This document shows, piece after piece, positions 48,401 to 62,200 of a stretch of DNA of 64,000 nt. This DNA comes from Eledone cirrhosa (Eukaryota). The notes under the pieces are model-generated. The model was given only the letters and a program-made list of their open reading frames with translations. It was not told the origin of the DNA and made no database searches. The position numbers and the translations under genes were made by a program. The DNA lies in the NCBI GenBank assembly GCA_964016885.1, contig OZ024743.1, positions 7,626,001-7,690,000 on the forward strand. The letters run 5' to 3'. Position 1 is the stretch's first letter. Every line of letters starts with the position of its first letter.

Positions 48401-50400
48401 AAATCTACCTCATCTAATACTATAATCTACCTAATCTAAACTATAATCTACCTCATCAAATACTACAATCTACCTCATCTAATACTATAATCTACCTCAT
48501 CTAATACTATAATCTACCTCATCTAGAACTATAATCTATGTAATCTAAACTATAATCCACATCATCTAATACTATAATCTACCTCATCTAATATAATCTA
48601 CCTCATCTATAACTACAATCTACCACAACTAATACTATAATCTACCCCATCTAATATAATGTACCTCATCTATTACTACAATCTACCCCATCTAATACTA
48701 TAATCTACCTCATATAATACTATAATCTAATACATCTAATACTATAATCTACCCCATCTAATACTATAATCTACCCCATATAATACTATAATCTACCTCA
48801 TCTAATACTATAATCTCCCAAATCTAATACTATAATTTACCTCATCTAATACTATAATGTATCTCATCTAAAACTATAATCTACCACATCTAATACTATA
48901 ATCTACCCCATCTAATACTATAATCTACCTCATCTAATACTATAATTTACCTCATCTAACACTATAATCTACCTCATCTAATACTATAATCTACTACATC
49001 TAATACTATAATCTACCCCATATAATACTATAATCTACCTCATCTAATACTATAATCTCCCAAATCTAATACTATAATCTACCTCATCTAATACTATAAT
49101 CTATCTCATCTAAAACTATAATCTACCACATCTAATACTATAATCTACCCCATCTAATACTATAATCTACCTCATCTAATACTATAATTTACCTCATCTA
49201 ACGCTATAATCTACCTCATCTAATACTATAATCGACCACATCTAATATAATCTACCCCATCTAATACTATAATCTACCCCATTTAATTTTATAATCTACC
49301 ACATCTAATATAATCTAACTAATCTAATAATATATTCTATTCATCTAATACTATAATCTACCTCATCTAATACTATAATCTACCCCATCTAATACTATAA
49401 TCTACCTTATCTAATACTATAATTTACCTCATCTAACACTATAATCTACCTCATCTAATACTATAATCTCCCAAATCTAATTCTATAATGTACCTCATCT
49501 AAAACTATAATCTATCTCATCTAAAACTATAATACCACATCTAATACTATAATCTACCTCATCTAATACTATAATCTACTCCATCTAATACTATAATCTA
49601 CCCCATCTAATTCTATAATCTACCCCATCTAATACTATAATCTACCTCATCTAATACTATAATCTACCCCATCTAATACTATAATCTACCTCATCTAATA
49701 ATATAATCTACCCCATCTAATATTATAATGTACCCCATCGAATAATATAATCTACCTTATCTAATACTATAATCTACCCTATCTATTACTATAATCTACG
49801 TCATCTAATACTATAATCTACCTCATCTAATACTATAATCTACCTCATCTAATACTAGAATCTACTTCAACTAATACTATAATCTACCTCATCTAATACT
49901 ATAATCTACCTCATCTAATATAATCTACCTCATCTAATACTACAATCTACCTCATCCAATACTATAATCTACCACATCTAATACTATATTCTACCTCATC
50001 TAATACTATAATCTACCTCCTTTAATAATAAAATCTACCTCATCTAATACTATAATCTACCTCATCTAATACCATTATCTACGTCATCTAATTCTATAAT
50101 CTACCTCATGTAATATAACCTACCTCATATAATACTACAATCTACCTCATCTAATACTATAATCTATCACCTCCAATACTATAATCTACCACATCTAATA
50201 CTATAATCTACCTCATCTAATACTATAATCTACCTCATGTAATATAATCTACCTCATATAATACTACAATCTACCTCATCTAATATTATAATCTAGCCCA
50301 TCTAATACTATATTCTAACCCCAACTAATACTATAATCTTCTCCATCTAATACTATAATCTACTCCATCTAATACTATAATCTACCACATCTAATACTAT
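39400..50400 (+). repeat. Domain 4: higher-order unit occurring as long (about 2.9-3.1 kb) and short (about 1.8-2.2 kb) forms, about 4 copies
   Basis: TAGAACTATAATCTATGTAATC at 41530, 43708, 45601 and 48524; TAGTGTACC at 40535, 43628, 45521 and 47746; TAGAATCTACTTCAAC at 42864, 44691, 46935 and 49856. Confidence 0.85.
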
Positions 50401-52229
50401 AATCTACCTCATCTAATACTATAATCTACTCCATCTAATACTATAATCTACCCCAACTAATACTATAATCTACCCCATCTAATACTATAATCTACCTCAT
50501 CTAATACTATAATCTACTCCATCTAATACTATAATCTACCCCATCTAATACTATAATCTACTCCATCTAATACTATAATCTACCTCATCTAATATAATCT
50601 ACCTCATCTAATACTATTATCTACTGCAACTAATACTATAATCTACCTCATCTCATTCTATAATCTACCAATATCTAATACTATAATCTACCCCATCAAA
50701 TACTATAATCTACCCCATCTAATACTATAATCTACCCCATCTTATCATATAATCTACCTCATCTAATACTCTAATCTACCTCATCTAATACTATAATCTA
50801 CCCCATCTAATACTATAATCTACCTCATCTAATACTATAATCTACCTCATCTAATACTATAATCTACCTCATCTAATACTATAATCTAGCTCATCTAATA
50901 ATACAATCTACCCCATCTAATACTATAATCTACCACATCTAATACTATAATCTACCCCATCTAATACTACAATCTACCCCATCTAATACTATAATCTACC
51001 TCAACTAATACTATAATCTACACCATTAAATACTATAATCTACCCCATCTAATACTATATTCTAACCCCAACTAATACTATAATCTACCCCATCTAATAT
51101 TATAATCCACCTCATCTAATACTATAATCTACCTCATCTAATACTATAATCTACATCTTCTAATATTATAATCTACCCCATCTAATATAATCTACCTCAT
51201 CCAATACTACAATTTACCTCATCTAATACTCTAATCTACCTCATCTTATACTATAATCTACCACATCTAATATTATAATCTACCACATCTAATACTATAA
51301 TCTACCCCATCTAATACTATAATCTACCTCATCTAATACTATAATCTACTCCATCTAATACTATAATCTACCTCATCTAATATAATCTACCTCATCTAAT
51401 ACTATAATCTACCACATCTATTACTATAATCTACATTATCTAATACTATAATCTACCTCATCTAATATATTCTACTTCTTCTAATACTATAATCTACCTC
51501 ATCTAATACTATAATCTACTCCATCTAATACTATAAAATACCTCGTCTAATACTATAATTTACCTCATCTAATAATATAATCTACCTCATCTAATACAAT
51601 AATCTACCTCATCTAATATAATCTATGTCATCTAACACTATAATCTAGCTCAACTAATACTATAATCTACCCCATCTAATATAATATCTAACACAGCTAA
51701 TACTACATTCTACCTAATCTAATGCTATAATCAACCAAATCTAATACTATAACCTACGTCATCTAATACAGTAATCTACCCCATCTAATATAATCTACCA
51801 CATCTAATACTATAATCTACGTCATCTAATACTATAATCTACCCAATCTAATATAATCTACGACATCTATTACTATAATCTACCTCATCTAATATAATCT
51901 ACCACATCTCATACTATAATCTACCACATCCAATATAATCTAGCTCATCTAAAACTATAATCAACCTCGTCTAATACTATAATCTACCTCATCTAATATA
52001 ATCTACCCCATCTAATACTATTATCTACCGCAACTAATACTATAATCTACCTCATCTAATATAATCTACCTAATATAATACTATAATCTACCTAAACTTA
52101 TACTATAATCTATTTCATCTAATTCTATAATCTACCTCGTCTAACACTATAATCTACCTCATGTAATAATATAATCTACCTCATCTAATATAATCTACCC
52201 CATGTAATACTACATTCTATCTCATCTAA

Positions 52230-55200
52230 TACTATAATCTACCCCAACTATTACTATAATCTACCTCATCTAACAATATAATCTACCCCATCTAATATTA
52301 TAATCTAATCCATCTAATATTATAATCCACCTCCTCTAATACTATAATCTACCCCATCTAATACTATAATCGACAACATCTAATACTATAATCTACCTCA
52401 TCTAATACTATAATCTACCTCATCTAATACTATAATCTACCTCATCTAACAATATAATCTACCCCATCTAATAATATAATCTACTCCATCTAATATAATC
52501 CACCTCATTTAATACTATAATCTACCTCATATAATACTATAATCTACCTCAGCTAATACTATCATCTACCTCATCTAATACTATAAACTACCTCATCTAA
52601 TACTATAATCTACCCCATCTAATAATATAATCTACTCCATCTAATATTATAATCTACCTCATATAATACTATAATCTACCTCATCTAATACTATAATCTA
52701 CCTCATCTAATACTATAATCTACTTCATCTAATACTATAATCTACCTCATCTAATTCTATAATCTACCTCATCTAATACTATAATCTACCTCATCTAATA
52801 CTATAATCTATCTCATCTAATACTATAATCTAGCTCATTTAATAATACAATCTACCTCATCTAATACTATAATTTACATTATCTAATACTATAATCTACC
52901 TCATCTAATATATTCTACCTCTTCTAATACTATAATCTACCTCATCTAATACTATAATCTACTCCATCTAATACTATAATCTACCTCGTCTAATACTATA
53001 ATCTACCTCATCTAATACTATAATCTACCTCATCTAATACTATAATCTACTTCATCTAATACTATAATCTACCACAACTAATACTATAATCTACTCCATC
53101 TAATACTATAATCTACCTCATCTAATATAATCTACCTCATCTAATACTATAATCTACCACATCTAATACGATAATCTACATTATCTAATACTATAATCTA
53201 CCTCATCTAATATATTCTACCTCGTCTAATACTATAATCTACCTCATCTAATACTATAATCTACCTCGTCTAATACTATAATCTACCTCATCTAATACTA
53301 TAATCTACCTCATCTAATACTATAATCTACCTCATCTAATATAATCTACCTAAAGTAATTCTATAATCTACCCCGTCTAATATTATAATCTACCTCATCT
53401 AATACCATTATCTACGTCATCTAATTCTATAATCTATCTCATGTAATATAATCTACCTCGTCTAATACTATAATCTACCTCATCTAATATAATCTACCTC
53501 ATCTAATACTATAATCTACCTCATCTAATACTGTAATCTACCTCATCTAATACTATAATCTACCTCTTCTAATACTATAATCTACCTCATCTAATAATAT
53601 AATCTACCTCATCTAATACTATAATCTACCTCATCTAATATAATCTACCTAAAGTAATTCTATAATCTACCCCGTCTAATATTATAATCTACCTCATCTA
53701 ATACCATTATCTACGTCATCTAATTCTATAATCTATCTCATGTAATATAATCTACCTCGTCTAATACTATAATCTACCTCATCTAATACTATAATCTACC
53801 TCATGTAATATAATCTACCTCATATAATACTACAATCCACCTCATCTAATACTATAATCTACCCAATCTAATACTATATTCTAACCCCAACTAATACTAT
53901 AATCTTCTCCATCTAATACTATAATCTACTCCATCTAATACTATAATCTACCACACCTAATACTATAATCTACCTCATCTAATACTATAATCTACCCCAT
54001 CTAATACTATATTCTAACCCCAACTAATACTATAATCTACCCCATCTAATACTATAATCTACCTAATCTAATACTATAATCTACTCCATCTAATACTATA
54101 ATCTATCCCAACTAATACTATAATCTACCCCATCTAATACTATAATCTACCTAATCTAATACTATAATCTACTCCATCTAATACTATAATCTACCCCAAC
54201 TAATACTTTAATCTACCCTATCTAATACTATAATCTACCTTATATAATACTATAATCTACCTCACTGATACTATAAACTACTTCATCTAATACTATAATC
54301 TACCTCATCTAATACTATAATCTACCTCATCTAATACTATAATGTACCTCATCTAATACCATAATCTAGCTCATCTAATACTATAATCTACCCCATCTAA
54401 TACTATAATGTACCTCATCTAATACCATAATCTAGCTCATCTAATACTATAATCTACCTCATCTAATATAATCTACCCCATCTAATACTATAATCTACCC
54501 CATTTAATTTTATAATCTTCCACATCGAATATAATCTACCTAATCTAATAATATATTTTATTCATCTAATACTATAATCTACCTCATCTAATATTATAAT
54601 CTACCCCATCTAATATTATAATCTACCTCATCTAATACTACAATCTACCTCATCTAATATTATAATCTATCTCATCTAATACTATAATCTACCAAAACTA
54701 ATACTATAATCTACCAAATCTAATACTAAAATCTACCTCATCTAATACTATAATCTACCTCATCTAATACTATAATCTACCTCATCTAATACTATAATCT
54801 ACCTCATCTAATACTCTAATCTACCATATCTAATACTATAATCTACCCCATCTAATATTATAATCTACCTCATCTAATACTACAATCTACCCCATCTAAT
54901 ATTATAATCTATCTCATCTAATACTATAATCTACCAAAACTAATACTATAATCTACCTCATCTAATACTAAAATCTACCTCATCTAATACTATAATCTAT
55001 CTAATCTAAACTATAATCTAGCTCATGTAACACTATAATCTACCTCAACTAATACTATAATCTACCTCATCTAATACTATAATCTACCAAAACTAATACT
55101 ATAATCTACCTCATCTAATACTATAATCTACCAAATCTAATACTAAGATCTACCTCATCTAATACTATAATCTACCTAATCTAAACTATAATCTACCTCA

Positions 55201-58200
55201 TGTAATACTATAATCTACCTCAACTAATACTATAATCTACCTCATCTAATATAAACTACCTCATCAAATACTACAATCTACCTCATCTAATACTATAATC
55301 TACCTCATCTAATACTATAATCTACCTCATCTAGAACTATAATCTATGTAATCTAAACTATAATTCACATCATCTAATACTATAATCTACCTCATCTAAT
55401 ATAATCTACCTCATCTATAACTACAATCTACCACAACTAATACTATAATCTACCCCATCTAATATAATCTACCTCATCTATTACTACAATCTACCCCATC
55501 TAATACTATAATCTACCTCATATAATACTATAATCTAACACATCTAATACTATAATCTACCCCATCTAATACTATAATCTACCCCATATAATACTATAAT
55601 CTACCTCATCTAATACTATAATCTCCCAAATCTACTACTATAATCTACCTCATCTAATACTATAATCTACCTCATCTAAAACTATAATCTACCACATCTA
55701 ATACTATAATCTACCCCATCTAATACTATAATCTACCTCATCTAATACTATAATTTACCACATCGTATACTATAATCTACCACATCTAATACTATAATCT
55801 ACCCCATCTAACACTATAATCTACCTCATCTAATACTATAATCTACCACATCTAATACTATAATCTACCTCATCTAATACTACAATCTACCTCATCTAAT
55901 ACTATAATCTACCCCATTTAATTTTATAATCTACCACATCTAATATAATCTAACTAATCTAATAATATATTCTATTCATCTAATACTATAATCTACCTCA
56001 TCTAATACTATAATCTACCCCATCTTATACTATAATCTACCCCATCTAATACTATAATCTACCTCATCTAATACTATAATCTACCCCAACTATTACTATA
56101 ATCTACCTCATCTAACAATATAATCTACCCCATCTAATAATATAATCTACTCCATCTAATATTATAATCCACCTCCTCTAATACTATAATCTACCCCATC
56201 TAATACTATAATCGACAACATCTAATACTATAATCTACCTCATCTAATACTATAATCTACCTCATCTAATACTATAATCTACCTCATCTAACAATATAAT
56301 CTACCCCATCTAATAATATAATCTACTCCATCTAATATAATCCACCTCATTTAATACTATAATCTACCTCATATAATACTATAATCTACCTCAGCTAATA
56401 CTATAATCTACCTCATCTAATACTATAAACTACCTCATCTAATACTATAATCTACCCCATCTAATAATATAATCTACTCCATCTAATATTATAATCTACC
56501 TCATATAATACTATAATCTACCTCATCTAATACTATAATCTACCTCATCTAATACTATAATCTACTTCATCTAATACTATAATCTACCTCATCTAATTCT
56601 ATAATCTACCTCATCTAATACTATAATCTACGTCATCTAATAGTATAATCTACCTCATCTAATACTATAATCTACCTCATCTAATACTATAATCTATCTC
56701 ATCTAATACTATAATCTAGTTCATTTAATAATACAATCTACCTCATCTAATACTATAATTTACATTATCAAATACTATAATCTACCTCATCTAATATTAT
56801 AATCTACCTCGTCTAATACTATAATCTACCTCATCTAATACTATAATCTACCTCAACTAATATAATCTACCTCATCTAATACTATAATCTACCTCATCTA
56901 ATACTGTAATCTACCTCATCTAATACTATAATCTACCTCATCTAATACTATAATCTACCTCATCTAATAATATAATCTACCTCATTTAATACTATAATCT
57001 ACCTCATCTAATATAATCTACCTAAAGTAATTCTATAATCTACCCCGTCTAATATTATAATCTACCTCATCTAATACCCTTATCTACGTCATCTAATTCT
57101 ATAATCTATCTCATGTAATATAATCTACCTCGTCTAATACTATAATCTACCTCATATAATACTATAATCTACCTCATGTAATATAATCTACCTCATATAA
57201 TACTACAATCCACCTCATCTAATACTATAATCTACCCAATCTAATACTATATTCTAACCCCAACTAATACTATAATCTTCTCCATCTAATACTATAATCT
57301 ACTCCATCTAATACTATAATCTACCACACCTAGTACTATAATCTACCTCATCTAATACTATAATCTACCCCATCTAATACTATATTCTAACCCCAACTAA
57401 TACTATAATCTACCCCATCTAATACTATAATCTACCTCATCTAATACTATAATCTACTCCATCTAATACTATAATCTATCCCAACTAATACTATAATCTA
57501 CCCCATCTAATACTATAATCTACCTCATCTAATACTATAATCTACTCCATCTAATACTATAATCTACCCCAACTAATACTTTAATCTAACCTATCTAATA
57601 CTATAATCTACCTTATATAATACTATAATCTACCTCACTGATACTATAAACTACTTCATCTAATACTATAATCTACCTCATCTAATACTATAATCTACCT
57701 CATCTAATACTATAATGTACCTCATCTAATACCATAATCTAGCTCATCTAATACTATAATCTACCCCATCTAATACTATAATGTACCTCATCTAATACCA
57801 TAATCTAGCTCATCTAATACTATAATCTACCTCATCTAATATAATCTACCCCATCTAATACTATAATCTACCCCATTTAATTTTATAATCTACCACATCT
57901 AATATAATCTACCTAATCTAATAATATATTTTATTCATCTAATACTATAATCTACCTCATCTAATATTATAATCTACCCCATCTAATATTATAATCTACC
58001 TCATCTAATACTACAATCTACCTCATCTAATATTATAATCTATTTCATCTAATACTATAATCTACCTCATCTAATACTCTAATCTACCACATCTAATACT
58101 ATAATCTACCTCATTAAATACTATAATCTACCACATCTAATACTACAATCTACCACATCGAATACTATAATCTACCTCATCTAATACTAAAATCTACCTC

Positions 58201-59230
58201 ATCTAATACTATAATCTATCTAATCTAAATTATAATCTACCTCATGTAATACTATAATATACCTCAACTAATACTATAATCTACCTCATCTAATACTATA
58301 ATCTACCAAAACTAATACTATAATCTACCTCATCTAATACTATAATCTACCAAATCTAATACTAAGATCTACCTCATCTAATACTATAATCTACCTAATC
58401 TAAACTATAATCTACCTCATGTAATACTATAATCTACCTCAACTAATACTATAATCTACCTCATCTAATATAATCTACCTCATCAAATACTACAATCTAC
58501 CTCATCTAATACTATAATCTACCTCATCTAATACTATAATCTACCTCATCTAGAACTATAATCTATGTAATCTAAACTATAATCCACATCATCTAATACT
58601 ATAATCTACCTCATCTAAAATAATCTACCTCATCTATAATTACAATCTACCCCATCTAATACTATAATCTACCTCATATAATACTATAATCTAACACATC
58701 TAATACTATAATCTACCCCATCTAATACTATAATCTACCCCATATAATACTATAATCTACCTCATCTAATACTATAATCTCCCAAATCTACTACTATAAT
58801 CTACCTCATCTAATACTATAATCTACCTCATCTAAAACTATAATCTACCACATCTAATACTATAATCTACCCCATCTAATACTATAATCTACCTCATCTA
58901 ATACTATAATTTACCACATCGTATACTATAATCTACCACATCTAATACTATAATCTACCCCATCTAACACTATAATCTACCTCATCTAATACTATAATCT
59001 ACCACATCTAATACTATAATCTACCTCATCTAATACTACAATCTACCTCATCTAATACTATAATCTACCCCATTTAATTTTATAATCTACCACATCTAAT
59101 ATAATCTAACTAATCTAATAATATATTCTATTCATCTAATACTATAATCTACCTCATCTAATACTATAATCTACCCCATCTTATACTATAATCTACCCCA
59201 TCTAATACTATAATCTACCTCATCTAATAC
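52230..59230 (+). repeat. Domain 5: tandem duplication of about 3.2-3.8 kb (about 52230-56070 vs about 56070-59230)
   Basis: CGACAACATC 52371/56213 (offset 3842), CTCACTGATA 54261/57634 (3373), TACTAAGATC 55141/58360 (3219), CATCGTATAC 55761/58917 (3156). Confidence 0.85.
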
Positions 59231-62200
59231 TATAATCTACTCCATCTAATACTATAATCTACCCCATCTAATACTATAATCTACCCCATCTAATACTATA
59301 ATCTACCTCATCTAATACTATAATCTACCCCATCTAATACTATAATCTACCTCATCTAATAATATAATCTACCCCATCTAATATTATAATCTACCCCATC
59401 GAATAATATAATCTACCTCATCTAATACTATAATCTACCCTATCTATTACTATAATCTACCGCATCTAATACAATAATCTACCTCATCTAATACTATAAT
59501 CTACCTCATCTAAAACTATAATCTACGTCATCTAATACTATAATCTACCTCATCTAATACTATAATCTACCTCATCTAATACTATAATCTACTTCAACTA
59601 ATACTATAATCTACCTCATCTAATACTATAATCTACCTCATCTAATATAATCTACCTCATCTAATACTACAATCTACCTCATCCAATACTATAATCTACC
59701 ACATCTAATACTATATTCTACATCATCTAATACTATAATCTACCTCCTTTAATAATAAAATTTACCTCATCTAATACTATAATCTACCTCATCTAATACC
59801 ATTATCTACTTCATCTAATTCTATAATCTACCTCATGTACTACAATCTACCTCATATAATACTACAATCTACCTCATCTAATACTATAATCTATCACCTC
59901 CAATACTATAATCTACCACATCTAATACTATAATCTACCTCATCTAATACTATAATCTACCCCATCTAATACTATATTCTAACCACAACTAATACTATAA
60001 TCTACTCCATCTAATACTATAATCTACCCCAACTAATACTATAATCTACTCCATCTAATACTATAATCTACCTCATCTAATATAATCTACCTCATCTAAT
60101 ACTATTATCTACTGCAACTAATACTATAATCTACCTCATCTCATCCTATAATCTACCAATATCTAATACTATAATCTACCCCATCAAATACTATAATCTA
60201 CCCCATCTAATACTATAATCTACCCCATCTAATCATATAATCTACCTCATCTAATACTCTAATCTAACTCATCTAATACTATAATCTACCCCATCTAATA
60301 CTATAATCTACCTCATCTAATACTATAATCTACCTCATCTAATACTATAATCTACCTCATCTAATACTATAATCTACCTCATCTAATAATACAATCTACC
60401 CCATCTAATACTATAATCTACCACATCTAATACTATAATCTACCCCATCTAATACTACAATCTACCTCATCTAATATAATCTACGACATCTAATACTATA
60501 ATCTACCTCATCTAATACTAAAATCTACCTCATCTTATACTATAATCTACCACATCTAATATTATAATCTACCACATCTAATACTATAATCTACCCCATC
60601 TAATACTATAATCTACCTCATCTAATACTATAATCTACTCCATCTAATACTATACTCTACCCCAACTAATACTATAATCTACTCCATCTAATACTATAAT
60701 CTACCTCATCTAATATAATCTACCTCAACTAATACTATAATCTACCACATCTAATACTATAATCTATTCCATCTAATACTATAATCTACCCCATCTAATA
60801 CTATAATCTACCTCATCAAATAATATAATCTACCCCATCTAATATTATAATCTACCCCATCGAATAATATAATCTACCTCATCTAATACTATAATCTACC
60901 CTATCTATTACTATAATCTACCTCATCTAATACAATAATCTACCTCATCTAATACTATAATCTACCTCATCTAAAACTATAATCTACGTCATCTAATACT
61001 ATAATCTACCTCATCTAATACTATAATCTACCTCATCTAATACTATAATCTACTTCAACTAATACTATAATCTACCTCACTAATACTATAATCTACCTCA
61101 TCTAATATAATCTACCTCATCTAATACTACAATCTACCTCATCCAATACTATAATCTACCACATCTAATACTATATTCTACCTCATCTAATACTATAATC
61201 TACCTCCTTTAATAATAAAATTTACCTCATCTAATACTATAATCTACCTCATCTAATACCATTATCTACGTCATCTAATTCTATAATCTTCCTCATGTAA
61301 TATAATCTACCTCATATAATACTACAATCTACCTCATCTAATACTATAATCTATCACCTCCAATACTATAATCTACCACATCTAATACTATAATCTACCT
61401 CATCTAATACTATAATCTACCCCATGTAATATAATCTACCTCATATAATACTACAATCTACCTCATCTAATACTATAATCTAACCCATCTAATACTATAT
61501 TCTAACCCCAACTAATACTATAATCTACTCCATCTAATACTATAATCTACCCCAAGTAATACTATAATCTACCCCATATAATACTATAATCTACCTCATC
61601 TAATACTATAATCTACCCCATCGAATACTATAATCTACCTCATCTCATTCTATAATCTACCAATATCTAATGCTATAATCTACCCCATCAAATACTATAA
61701 TCTACCCCATCTAATACTATAATCTACCCCATCTAATCATATAATCTACCTCATCTAATACTCTAATCTACCTCATCTAATACTATAATCTACCACATCT
61801 AATACTATAATCTACCTCATCTAATACTATAATCTACCTCATCTAATACTATAATCTACCTCATCTAATACTATAATCTACCTATCTAATAATACAATCT
61901 ACCCCATCTAATACTATAATCTACCACATCTAATACTATAATCTACCCTATCTAATACTACAATTTACCCCATTTAATATAATCTACGACATCTAATACC
62001 ATAATCTACCTCATCTAATACTAAAATCTACCTCATCTTATACTATAATCTACCACATCTAATATTATGATCTACCACATCTAATACTATAATCTACCCC
62101 ATCTAATACTATAATCTACCTCATCTAATACTATAATCTACCTCATCTAATACTATAATCTACTCCATCTAATACTATACTCTACCCCAACTAATACTAT

